Shown here piece after piece: positions 20,572-29,509 of a DNA stretch of 64,000 bases. The notes below the pieces were generated by a model, which was given only the letters and a program-made list of their open reading frames with translations, did no database searches and was not told where the DNA came from. Where the stretch lies: assembly GCA_963730605.1 (NCBI GenBank), contig CAVSSM010000001.1:1-64000 (forward strand). The letters are read 5' to 3'. Both the position numbers and the translations under genes were made by a program. How positions within the stretch are numbered: position 1 is the stretch's first letter; the number at the start of each line of letters is the position of its first letter. Source of the DNA: an uncultured Chlamydiae bacterium. GTDB taxonomy: Bacteria > Chlamydiota > Chlamydiia > Chlamydiales > SM23-39.

Positions 20572-21423
20572 ATGCATGGCGTAAATCAATTGAGACATAT
20601 TTGTCCCTTCCCAGCGCAAACTGGGATCGCGGCAGCTGCAGTATTCACTGGTTTGTTCATTACCGGCACCCTAAAGCAAATACAAGATGCTGTAGCTCGA
20701 ATTTTCGACCCACCTTCAATTACGGTGGATGTATATGATGAATTCAGATCGAAATGCACGCCGCGCTCATCTCATCCCTCTATTAGGTATGTAGCTGAAG
20801 ATAAAACAATGACTTGCAATGAGCGGCTAAACCTCGCGATCCGCAACATAGAAGCTTGTCCCGAAGCCAAAAAATTACTAGATAAACTCGACGCAATTGA
20901 CCCGATCTGTTTCCTCTGTGTTCCAAACCAACACGCCCCGCGCGGTGCAAAAACCTGGATGCATAACCGAACTATTGTATTTTCAAATGACCGGATTCAG
21001 CAAGATCCAGGAACCACCCTTTTGCTTTATGAATTGAAAAATGCAGAAAGAGAACGTGACTTTTTAGGTGCAATTGGAGATGCAGCCAATGGACTATCGG
21101 ACAAACATAGGTTCATCTATGAAATCGAGTCCTTGGAATATTTGTCTGCCCTGGGGCATTACGAGATTGCAACAGCCTGTACAAAATCAAGCGAGTGGCC
21201 AACCGAAATCGCCGACGCCTTCGCATACGCCGCCAAAAACACCTTCTCAAAAGCTAAAAAAGACGTGGAGCACTGGAGAAAAACCTCGAAAACAGCTTCC
21301 CATATCAAGCCTAGCGATTCATTCGAGAAGATCTTTACTCTCATGATCAATGAGAAATCCGGGCACTCAAAGATTGTAGGGCACAAATTTGATGAGATTC
21401 AACTCCAATCCAAATCTGATTGA
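20572..21423 (+). CDS. Hypothetical protein, paralog-like to 45828-46646
   Basis: Strong RBS and promoter; shares CPxAxxLL, L(Y/F)ELxNAE and EYxS motifs with the other ORF. Confidence 0.75.
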   Translation: MHGVNQLRHICPFPAQTGIAAAAVFTGLFITGTLKQIQDAVARIFDPPSITVDVYDEFRSKCTPRSSHPSIRYVAEDKTMTCNERLNLAIRNIEACPEAKKLLDKLDAIDPICFLCVPNQHAPRGAKTWMHNRTIVFSNDRIQQDPGTTLLLYELKNAERERDFLGAIGDAANGLSDKHRFIYEIESLEYLSALGHYEIATACTKSSEWPTEIADAFAYAAKNTFSKAKKDVEHWRKTSKTASHIKPSDSFEKIFTLMINEKSGHSKIVGHKFDEIQLQSKSD

Positions 21424-21599
21424 ACCTCGACTTTGTACAATTTTTGGCGAGCAGATCCAGAGGAAGCGCTCTGCAATTTTTTTCTTTTTTTGCGAAATTC
21501 ATAGCCGAAGGCGCTATTTATGAGCAAAAAAAGGAAAAAAGGGCCAGCGATTCTCTCGGAGATGCCGTCACAAAATTGTACAAAGTCGAGTGAACCCGT

Positions 21600-22652
21600 T
21601 CAACTGCGAGTTGAGATCTTTTCCGGCAACCCATCTTGCAAAAAAGCAAGAATCTCCTCCCATTTTTCTCTTGGCAATTCGGCGCCGATGTGTTCGATAA
21701 TCGAGCTGCCAAGCCGATGGCCGATCTCTGCGCACACAGGCAAGGGCAATTGATGGAGATAGCCGTAGATGAAGCCCGCTGTGAAATAATCGCCCGCTGC
21801 CGTAGTGTCGATGACTTTTGCAGAAAAGCTAGGAATATGGGTCAACTCCCCTTGACATCCGACCAAACACCCATCGCCTCCCATCGTTACGACAACGATT
21901 GGGCAGATCTCTTGAAGCTGCATGCAGCCATCGTCTGGCGCCAAACCTGTCAAAGAGCGGATCTCGGTTTCATTTCCGAACACCACATCGACATATTTTC
22001 CCAGCCATTCGAGAAGTTTTTCCTTAAACTGCTGAGCGACGAGAAAATTCGACAATTCTAAAGACACCGGAATTCCTGCCTCGTGCGCTAAAAAGAGGCT
22101 TTGTTCGATAAAATCGGGCGCTTCCCAGAGTAAAAATGACTCGAAATGAACCCATTTTACATTTTGGTAGTGTTCAAGAGAGGGCTTAAAATTCCAACCG
22201 ACCGCTTTATGAGAATGGAGAAACGTTCTCTCTCCTTCCGGCGTGATCAAGCAAAGAATGCGGATCGTCGTGAAATCGGGATCGCTAACAATACCTGGGA
22301 TCCCCATCCCTTGCATCTCATCGCAGTACCTCTTTCCATAAAGATCTTCTCCAACAAAACTCATGAAAGTAGACTGCACTCCGAGCTTTGCCATCGTTCT
22401 AACCGCATTTCCCGCGCTTCCTCCAAGAGCAATTTTTGGATTCGACCTCATCGCTGCAAGGACTCGATTAAACGTCTCCGGATCGCAAGGAACGCTTCCC
22501 CCTTTTTGTCCTGGGATATGCTGTGCGATAAAATCGTCGTCCACCTGGACTATCAAGTCGATGATAGAACTTCCCACCCCCATAAAATGGGAGGGCTGAT
22601 TGGCGATGAGATGCAGAGAGAAAAAGAGACACATAGCAACACGATGAAACAT
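21600..22652 (-). CDS. PfkB-family sugar/nucleoside kinase (adenosine-kinase-like), possible N-terminal signal
   Basis: GGSAGN, GERTF, FGNETE, VTMG, DTTAAGDYF. Confidence 0.9.
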   Translation of the reverse strand: MFHRVAMCLFFSLHLIANQPSHFMGVGSSIIDLIVQVDDDFIAQHIPGQKGGSVPCDPETFNRVLAAMRSNPKIALGGSAGNAVRTMAKLGVQSTFMSFVGEDLYGKRYCDEMQGMGIPGIVSDPDFTTIRILCLITPEGERTFLHSHKAVGWNFKPSLEHYQNVKWVHFESFLLWEAPDFIEQSLFLAHEAGIPVSLELSNFLVAQQFKEKLLEWLGKYVDVVFGNETEIRSLTGLAPDDGCMQLQEICPIVVVTMGGDGCLVGCQGELTHIPSFSAKVIDTTAAGDYFTAGFIYGYLHQLPLPVCAEIGHRLGSSIIEHIGAELPREKWEEILAFLQDGLPEKISTRS

Positions 22653-22697
22653 AGGCAGCTCCTAAAAAAGTGAAAGGGTATACTCTCATTTGTCATT

Positions 22698-23225
22698 ATG
22701 GCAACGAGTATCTTTTTCATTTTCCTTTTCGCTTGTTTCGCCTCCATTGTCATTTACTCCGTCCTTTTAGGAATCACCCCAATGCCTAGCAGCAAGAGAG
22801 CCAAGACAATGATCCTGCAACTCCTTCCAAAGAACATTGAGGAGGGTGTGATCTACGAACTTGGGAGCGGATGGGGAGGCTTAGCGCTTCTATTAGCCAA
22901 GCATTATCCCCATGTAAGAGTCATCGCCTTTGAATTATCGCCCGTCCCCTACTTTTTTTCACGCATCGGCCAACTTATTTTGCAAAGGACTAACTTACTC
23001 ATCCTGCGTAAAAACTTCTATGGCCACCATTTTTCCGATGCGAAGGCGGTCGTTTGTTATCTTTATCCAGGCGCCATGAAAAGGCTTGCCCCTAAATTGA
23101 AAAATGAGCTGCCAGCCAAAAGTACGATTATCAGCAATACCTTTGCCCTCGCAGGATGGGATGGCGGCTCCCTCTTTTTCGCAGATGATTGGGCAGCCAC
23201 TCGAATTTACAGATACGATCGGTAG
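22698..23225 (+). CDS. Membrane-anchored class I SAM-dependent methyltransferase
   Basis: N-terminal TM, GITPMPSS, YELGSGWG, VVCYLYP. Confidence 0.85.
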   Translation: MATSIFFIFLFACFASIVIYSVLLGITPMPSSKRAKTMILQLLPKNIEEGVIYELGSGWGGLALLLAKHYPHVRVIAFELSPVPYFFSRIGQLILQRTNLLILRKNFYGHHFSDAKAVVCYLYPGAMKRLAPKLKNELPAKSTIISNTFALAGWDGGSLFFADDWAATRIYRYDR

Positions 23226-23237
23226 CAGGGTAGAACT

Positions 23238-23410
23238 TCACGCAAGAGTTGCCATATCGATCACGAACCGGTATTTCACATCGCTCTTCAGCATCCGCTC
23301 GAAGGCTTCATTGATTTTTTGGATCGGGATCAGCTCAATATCCGCCGTAACATTGCGACCCCCGCAGAAGTCGAGTATCTCTTGCATTTCTTTAAGACCG
23401 CCAATGTCCC
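23238..23410 (-). pseudogene. C-terminal remnant of an NAD(P)-dependent zinc alcohol dehydrogenase
   Basis: [35 protein letters not shown]. Confidence 0.8.
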
Positions 23411-23428
23411 GCAAGGCTTCTTCTCTTA

Positions 23429-23629
23429 TCAATGTTCAATTACAAAAGAAATTTTCGCATTGACCCTGTACTTTGTAATTTTATTGTTCTCCACATGCCC
23501 GTGAATCCATTTCACATCTATCTGCTTGATGTTCTTGAGGGTTTTCGAAGCTTCCATAACCCCAGAATTCATCGCGTCTTCAATGCTCTTTCCTTCGCAA
23601 CTCACTTCGATCACTTTGACAATAGACAT
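23429..23629 (-). CDS. Dodecin-family protein
   Basis: 66 aa; [35 protein letters not shown]. Confidence 0.9.
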   Translation of the reverse strand: MSIVKVIEVSCEGKSIEDAMNSGVMEASKTLKNIKQIDVKWIHGHVENNKITKYRVNAKISFVIEH

Positions 23630-23699
23630 GAGCCTACCTCCATTTACCTCCTTTTAATAGGATTTCGAGTTATACTCAAATTAAACAATGCTCCAATGG

Positions 23700-24266
23700 C
23701 TATTCGTAAATTTTTCTCAACAGCTCTTTGCCTTCGTTCCACTCGCCCACATCAGAATTGCTCCCGATATGGCCTTTTTTCCCGACATTGATGAACTCGC
23801 TGCCGAGGCGGGAGGCAAAATAACGGGCTTTTTCGAGAGAGACAAAAGGATCGTTCGAACTTGTGACGAGTATGCTGGAAAAGGGTAGCCTGTTCAAAGG
23901 CAGAGGATCAAAACCGTTGATCGCTAAAGCTCGATAGGCAACAGATGCGGGATCTGGGAGAGCCACAAGAAAGGCTCCCTTAATTATCCCGATGGATTCT
24001 TTGCCTCGGTTGCTACTCGCCCAATGAACGATCGCTGTGCTGCCCAGGCTATGGCCTACTAGTACCACTGACAGGATCGCCGATCTGATCGCGGCGTCCA
24101 AAGCTTGCACCCATGCGTCTCGGTTAGGATTGATCCAGTCCTCTTGAATGACTTTGATCGAATTTGGGAAAGCCGCAGCCCAAGCGAGCTGCCAATGACC
24201 AGGTCCTGAATCGGCGTATCCTGAGGAAATGAGGAGGGTGAATTGATCCTCCTTCATCCATTTCAT
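23700..24266 (-). CDS. RBBP9/YdeN-family alpha/beta hydrolase
   Basis: SGPGHWQ, VGHSLG, SSNDPF, GHI. Confidence 0.9.
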   Translation of the reverse strand: MKWMKEDQFTLLISSGYADSGPGHWQLAWAAAFPNSIKVIQEDWINPNRDAWVQALDAAIRSAILSVVLVGHSLGSTAIVHWASSNRGKESIGIIKGAFLVALPDPASVAYRALAINGFDPLPLNRLPFSSILVTSSNDPFVSLEKARYFASRLGSEFINVGKKGHIGSNSDVGEWNEGKELLRKIYE

Positions 24267-24388
24267 CGTAAACTTTCAACAATAAAATTTACAGAGCGAA
24301 GAAGAGACATACTGGGATATTGCTTTATATATTTTTAATTAGACGTAATTTATAATAAATGAAACAAATATAAATGAAATAAATATAT

Positions 24389-25537
24389 ATGTTAATTGAA
24401 AACTTTAATTTATTCGCCCATGCGACTTCCGCGGTCTTGCCAATGCTGACTCGGACGGGTTCTATTCCGCGCATTGTCGATCTTGTGCTAAGCTTGATGC
24501 CTCTGACAATGTCTGTGGGGTATCAGCTTCAGTCTCTGGGGTATCAGCTTCGGGCTTGGAACACTCGTTACCCATACTCTGATAACGCAGCCCCATTCTA
24601 TGCTAAGTTGTCCTGGTATTTACTCCCCGAAAGTTTGACTTTTGTGCATCTTCTATCTCAAGTGGTTCCGGAAATACTGGAAAAACAGACAACCTTGTGG
24701 GCAGATGCTGGGGTGCTCGCAGCGGGAGCAATAGGAAGTCTCCGTCTCCTCCAAATCGGAATCACGGGTAGGGATCGCACCTTAGGTATTCCTTACACAA
24801 GTCCGTCCCAAAGAGCCATTTTTAGCATCATTGGAACCCTGGGCCTTGCCAAAGTGGCGGATGCCATCAAAAACTTAAAGCTAGGTTTATTCGCATTCCA
24901 ATCTCTTGATCCTGAGCAACAATACTTCATTTTGAAACACCGCTCTCTAGAGACCCTTGGCGGGCCGGTGAAAAGTTGCCGCGCAGTCATTATCGATGGA
25001 GGTTCAACCGAATGGGGCAAGAGTTTAGATGATGCTTCTTGCCCTCTGGCAGAAGCACTTTATCGCAATTGCGATGTAAAGACATACCGGGTCGATCCTA
25101 ATTCAACTGTTCCTGTATGCGATGCTGCCGAGAAGGGAAAAAAAGCGCTTGGAGAACCTTTGGATATCCTCGCGCTTCTTGGCCATGGGAGTAAAGCTCA
25201 CATAACTCTCAACAAGCGTACCTACTTTATGGGGAGTAGTGATCAAACCGCATGCTTAAGAGAACACTTACAACCCGATGCGCAAATGATCCTCGCCGGC
25301 TGCAATACTGCGACCGGAACCGATTCTTTAGCAGAAAAGGTCTCCCGCCATCTCAACGGCATAGAAGTCGTTGGATTCTCCGCTTATTTCAATCCGGTTT
25401 TTAGTACTACCTCGTGGGACGGAAAAAAATTGAATATATGGAGCTCTTTCCCTAGAGATTCCCAAGGAAACTGGATCTTCCCATGGACCAATATCGCCCG
25501 CACTTTTAAGAACATGCCGAGCAACGAGCAACCGTAA
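24389..25537 (+). CDS. Hypothetical membrane-associated protein with possible His/Cys peptidase-like C-terminal domain
   Basis: Hydrophobic segments, then LALLGHGS and MILAGCNT. Confidence 0.65.
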   Translation: MLIENFNLFAHATSAVLPMLTRTGSIPRIVDLVLSLMPLTMSVGYQLQSLGYQLRAWNTRYPYSDNAAPFYAKLSWYLLPESLTFVHLLSQVVPEILEKQTTLWADAGVLAAGAIGSLRLLQIGITGRDRTLGIPYTSPSQRAIFSIIGTLGLAKVADAIKNLKLGLFAFQSLDPEQQYFILKHRSLETLGGPVKSCRAVIIDGGSTEWGKSLDDASCPLAEALYRNCDVKTYRVDPNSTVPVCDAAEKGKKALGEPLDILALLGHGSKAHITLNKRTYFMGSSDQTACLREHLQPDAQMILAGCNTATGTDSLAEKVSRHLNGIEVVGFSAYFNPVFSTTSWDGKKLNIWSSFPRDSQGNWIFPWTNIARTFKNMPSNEQP

Positions 25538-25709
25538 GAGGGTGTCTACAATGTGAGGTTCTGTCGATTTTTCGGTTCTTTTGAGCCGATTTTCGATTCA
25601 AGACTTGGGGGGCAATATCGACAATAGTATATGGCCCCCCAAGCTTTGAAGTCGAAAAGCGGCCAAAATAATCCAAAAACTCGGGCGTTCCCTCACTTTG
25701 TAGACCCTC
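25538..25709. mobile_element. MITE family C copy 1 (IS5/IS1031-like ends)
   Basis: GAGGGTGTCTACAA…TTGTAGACCCTC flanked by TAA/TAA; near-identical to 42827-43001. Confidence 0.88.
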
Positions 25710-25732
25710 TAAAAGAAATTATTTTTAAATGA

Positions 25733-25761
25733 TTGACTTTAAATAGGATTTATTCTATCAT
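25733..25761 (+). promoter_or_regulatory. Sigma70/66-type promoter of the thioredoxin pair
   Basis: TTGACT-N17-TATCAT, then GGAGG and ATG 25787. Confidence 0.6.
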
Positions 25762-25786
25762 ACCTTATATTTTTTTATGGAGGAAT

Positions 25787-26470
25787 ATGACCACATCTGT
25801 AAATGCGAATCAAAAAAACTCTTACTCTCAAGCATCTCTCCCATTGACTCAGAGGGTATCTCAAGCCGCTATTGGATTTGCGCAGCCCTGGGTGCTCATG
25901 GGGCAGGTCGTGGGCACTTTCGCCCTGACCATGGGCAAGATCGCTCTCAGCCCAAGCGTCATCGGGCTGGCAACAAGTTCCTACGTTTTATCCCGGATGT
26001 TAAATATCCCCATGAGGCAAGTCGTTCCCGCTCAGCTTATTTCATGGGGCGCAGGAACCAGCGCTTTCCTCGTTACGGCAACGTTTTGGGGGTTGATTGC
26101 CCGGTCAAGAAGCCCGGAAGTTACGCTCACCACAAAAACACAGGATAGTTTGGTAGAGACGGTCACTGGAGCTAATTTTAAAAAGGAAATGCTCCAATCG
26201 AAAATGCCCGTGGTTGTAGACGCCTATGCCACTTGGTGCCCGCCGTGCAAGGCTGTAGCCCCCGTTTTTGCCAGCTTAAGCTCGGAAATGAAAGGCAAAA
26301 TCAAATTCGTTAAATTCAATGTCGACGAAGAAAGGTCGCTTGCTAAGGATCTCAACATTGAAGCGATGCCTACCTTCCTCTTCTATAAAAACGGCCAATG
26401 CGTAGGAAAACACGCAGGGGCGATGGATAGAGACGGTTTTAAGGCAGAGTTTGTAAAGTATTTTGTATGA
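25787..26470 (+). CDS. Thioredoxin with long hydrophobic N-terminal extension
   Basis: C-terminal Trx domain (VVVDAYATWCPPCK, AMPTF) after about 120 aa with hydrophobic segments. Confidence 0.9.
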   Translation: MTTSVNANQKNSYSQASLPLTQRVSQAAIGFAQPWVLMGQVVGTFALTMGKIALSPSVIGLATSSYVLSRMLNIPMRQVVPAQLISWGAGTSAFLVTATFWGLIARSRSPEVTLTTKTQDSLVETVTGANFKKEMLQSKMPVVVDAYATWCPPCKAVAPVFASLSSEMKGKIKFVKFNVDEERSLAKDLNIEAMPTFLFYKNGQCVGKHAGAMDRDGFKAEFVKYFV

Positions 26471-27588
26471 CCAGTATTAGTTATTATCCGCTTCATTTTT
26501 TAAAAAGCGAAGGGGTCTATTACGATCGGACTCTTCACTCTACGCTTTCTCGAGGGGCCAGGTTCGCCGCAACGCTTGCACTCGAGCTTTTTCAAAATGG
26601 GATGAAATGGGCGGCCAACAGCCTGATTTGGATGGCAAACCGCCAAGCTTCAATAAAGAAGGATGGCCGCGTCGTCGTTATTGGGTCAGGTCCTGCCGGC
26701 TACACCGCGGCCCTTTATTTGGCCCGGGCCGGGTTAAAGCCCTTGATGTTGCAGGGCTCTATGTCTGGCGGCCAACTGATGACGACCGAACGGGTGGAGA
26801 ATTTCCCCGGATTTCCGAATGGAATTCTAGGTCCCCGCTTGATGGCAGATTTCTCCGCTCAAGCAAAAAGGTTCGGCGCCGAAATGGTGGAAATGGATGC
26901 GACAAGGATCGATTTCTCCAGGTACCCTTATACGGTGGAAACCTCAAACGGCAAGATTGCCGCCAAAGCCATCGTGATCGCAACAGGCGCCTCTGCCAAA
27001 CGCCTTGACGCCCCTGGAATGAGAGATGGGGAATTTTGGCAAAAGGGAGTGTCTACTTGCGCCGTTTGCGACGGCCCGCTCCCTGTTTTTCAAAACCAGC
27101 CTCTTTTTGTGATCGGCGGGGGCGACTCTGCCCTTGAAGAGGCGATGTTTCTTTCAAAATTTGCAAGTAAAGTCTTCGTGGTCCACCGCCGAGGAAATCT
27201 CCGCGCATCGCAGATTTTAGTCGAAAGGGCGATGAGCAATCCCAAGATCGAAATCCTCTACAACCGCGAAGTGGCAGAGGTGCGCGGGACAAAGTCCGTG
27301 GAAGCCATTGTGTTAAAAAATAGCGAAGGACAAAAGGAGAAACACACAGCACGCGGCGTCTTTATGGCCATCGGACATACTCCCAATACGCAATTTCTCA
27401 AAAACCAACTGGAAACCGACTCCCAGGGGTACATCCTAGTGGAAAGAGGGTCGGCCAAAACCAGCATGCCAGGCGTATTTGCTTGCGGAGATGTCCAAGA
27501 TCCCTATTATAGGCAAGCGGTCACTGCCACCGGCACCGGCTGCATGGCAGCCACCGATGCCGTTCACTTTCTGTCCGAAAGTCTCTAA
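26467..27588 (+). CDS. trxB: Thioredoxin-disulfide reductase with N-terminal extension
   Basis: IGSGPAG, ENFPG, CAVCDG, GGGDSA, GVFACGD; overlaps the Trx stop (ATGA). Confidence 0.93.
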   Translation: MTSISYYPLHFLKSEGVYYDRTLHSTLSRGARFAATLALELFQNGMKWAANSLIWMANRQASIKKDGRVVVIGSGPAGYTAALYLARAGLKPLMLQGSMSGGQLMTTERVENFPGFPNGILGPRLMADFSAQAKRFGAEMVEMDATRIDFSRYPYTVETSNGKIAAKAIVIATGASAKRLDAPGMRDGEFWQKGVSTCAVCDGPLPVFQNQPLFVIGGGDSALEEAMFLSKFASKVFVVHRRGNLRASQILVERAMSNPKIEILYNREVAEVRGTKSVEAIVLKNSEGQKEKHTARGVFMAIGHTPNTQFLKNQLETDSQGYILVERGSAKTSMPGVFACGDVQDPYYRQAVTATGTGCMAATDAVHFLSESL

Positions 27589-27593
27589 CCCTC

Positions 27594-27971
27594 TTACTGG
27601 GAAAATCCGCAGTAGGTCAAATAGGCTCCCAGCACTATCAGGATGAGTGAAAGGAGGGGCAGCCACTCGGTCATTTTAGAAACGCACTTTTTTACGTACA
27701 TTGGAAAGGCAAACCGCAAAATCCCTTTGAGGATCATGAGGTATCCTAACACCGTAATCAACCCCCTCCAACTGGTTTCCCAGACAGTGTGATCGATCGC
27801 AATCACCAAACCGAAAAGCAGGCTGATTTCTCCTGAAACGGCCAAAAGGCCTTTCGAGGCGCCTATTTCCTTGGCCAATGACACGGTCTGTTTTCTTCCC
27901 CAGAGGCTCAAAAGGCCAAAAATCAAGAAATAGAAACCGATTAGTTTTGCTAAAAATAATGAGGTGTCCAT
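27594..27971 (-). CDS. Small integral membrane protein
   Basis: About four hydrophobic helices; AGGAG RBS. Confidence 0.7.
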   Translation of the reverse strand: MDTSLFLAKLIGFYFLIFGLLSLWGRKQTVSLAKEIGASKGLLAVSGEISLLFGLVIAIDHTVWETSWRGLITVLGYLMILKGILRFAFPMYVKKCVSKMTEWLPLLSLILIVLGAYLTYCGFSQ

Positions 27972-28108
27972 GACGCTCCTATTTTGCACCTATCTAATCC
28001 CCATCTATGAGAAACCTGAGAAAAGATCCAGCAGAACTTGAGTATATCGCTATCCCACTGAAATTTGCTGCTTGGACTGCTTTGAAAACCAATGACTTAA
28101 GATTTTTA

Positions 28109-28138
28109 TTGTAATAAATAGAGACTATTTTGTATAAT
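28109..28138 (+). promoter_or_regulatory. Putative leu operon promoter
   Basis: TTGTAA-N18-TATAAT. Confidence 0.55.
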
Positions 28139-28176
28139 TGAGTTATATAGTTAAGGTTTCTTTAAAACGACGGATT

Positions 28177-28287
28177 ATGAACACTCAGAAAAACAACAGT
28201 CCTTCGGCGCCAGCAGCTTCTCTGCGAAGCAATGCTTCGGCACGTCGTTATTCTTCTCTTTTATCTCTCCTCCTTCTTAGCCTGTAA
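28177..28287 (+). CDS. Leucine-rich leader peptide (LeuL-like attenuator), 36 aa
   Basis: MNTQKNNSPSAPAASLRSNASARRYSSLLSLLLLSL*; 7 of the last 9 codons are Leu; ends 130 bp before leuB. Confidence 0.8.
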   Translation: MNTQKNNSPSAPAASLRSNASARRYSSLLSLLLLSL

Positions 28288-28417
28288 GGGCTAACACATT
28301 TATCACCAAATCAGATTTTTGTAACTAGATAGCTCGGATAAAACGAGATCACTGCTTTGTTCATTTTGTTAATTACAAATTGCAATCAAGCAGGCAATAA
28401 CTTTAGGAGAGATAACA

Positions 28418-29509
28418 ATGGATAAAACTATAGCAATTATTCCCGGAGACGGGATCGGCCCTGAAATCATGGCCGAAGCGATCAAAGTATTGAAAGAAAT
28501 CGAGGCCGCCTTTGGGCATCGGTTCATCTACCGCCATGGCGTGATTGGCGGCGCGGCGTGGGATTTGCATGGCATTCACTTCCCCCAAGAGACGGCCGAC
28601 CTTTGCCAAAATGCGGATGCCATTCTTTTCGGATCTGTGGGCGGCCCGGTTGGAAAGGACTCCGCTCCCAAATGGAAAGACTGTGAAAAGAATAGCATCT
28701 TAAGGCTTCGCAAGCAGATGGGATTGAGCTGCAATCTACGTCCGGTTCAGGGAATGGGGAATGGCGTCGATCTTTTATGTGTGAGGGAGCTTTCGGAAGA
28801 CATCTATTTTGGCTCCCACGAAACAACGGGCAAAGTGGGAGATCGGATAGCCAAAGACGTGATGTTTTACAGTGAAAAAACCATTCGCCAGATTGCCCGC
28901 CAAGCCTTCCAGTTTGCCTGCCAGCGCGGCAAAAAGGTGACCTCTGTGGACAAAGCAAATGTTTTGGATTGCAGCAAGTTGTGGAGGGAAGTAGTCGATG
29001 AGGTCTCAAAAGAATATCCCGCATGCAAGGTGCAGCACCTCTTGGTCGACAATGCCGCGATGCAAATTGCCAAAAACCCTCTTGAGTTCGATGTCCTTTT
29101 GATGCCGAATTTATTCGGGGACATCCTCTCCGATTTGGCAAGCGTGTGGGGCGGCTCTTTGGGAATGCTCCCTTCCGCTTCTCTCAACGGAGAGGGGCTT
29201 GGGCTTTATGAGCCGGCTGGAGGCAGCGCGCCCGACATCGCCGGGATGGGAATCGCGAACCCCATCGGTCAAATTCTCTCAGCGGCTATGATGCTCAAAT
29301 ACTCGTTCGGAATGGACGCGGAGCATGATGCGATCGTTGAGGCCGTAGAAAAAGCGATCGCAAAGGGGCATCGGACCAAGGACATCGCTCACTCAAAGAA
29401 GGTCTCTACCACAGCGGCTATGGGAGATGCCATTGCCGAGAACATTAGGAACCGAAAAGGAAAGGAGAGCATATATGGCGAGTGTCTGCGTTATGCCTTT
29501 TGCTTTTAA
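28418..29509 (+). CDS. leuB: 3-isopropylmalate dehydrogenase
   Basis: PGDGIGPE, SVDKANVL, NLFGDILSD, GLYEPAGGSAPDIAG. Confidence 0.96.
   Translation: MDKTIAIIPGDGIGPEIMAEAIKVLKEIEAAFGHRFIYRHGVIGGAAWDLHGIHFPQETADLCQNADAILFGSVGGPVGKDSAPKWKDCEKNSILRLRKQMGLSCNLRPVQGMGNGVDLLCVRELSEDIYFGSHETTGKVGDRIAKDVMFYSEKTIRQIARQAFQFACQRGKKVTSVDKANVLDCSKLWREVVDEVSKEYPACKVQHLLVDNAAMQIAKNPLEFDVLLMPNLFGDILSDLASVWGGSLGMLPSASLNGEGLGLYEPAGGSAPDIAGMGIANPIGQILSAAMMLKYSFGMDAEHDAIVEAVEKAIAKGHRTKDIAHSKKVSTTAAMGDAIAENIRNRKGKESIYGECLRYAFCF

Noticed and set aside
22553..22753. ORF beginning MTMEAKQ like the ORF at 5707-6729
   Set aside because: Short chance match on the antisense strand of a real gene; similarity does not extend.
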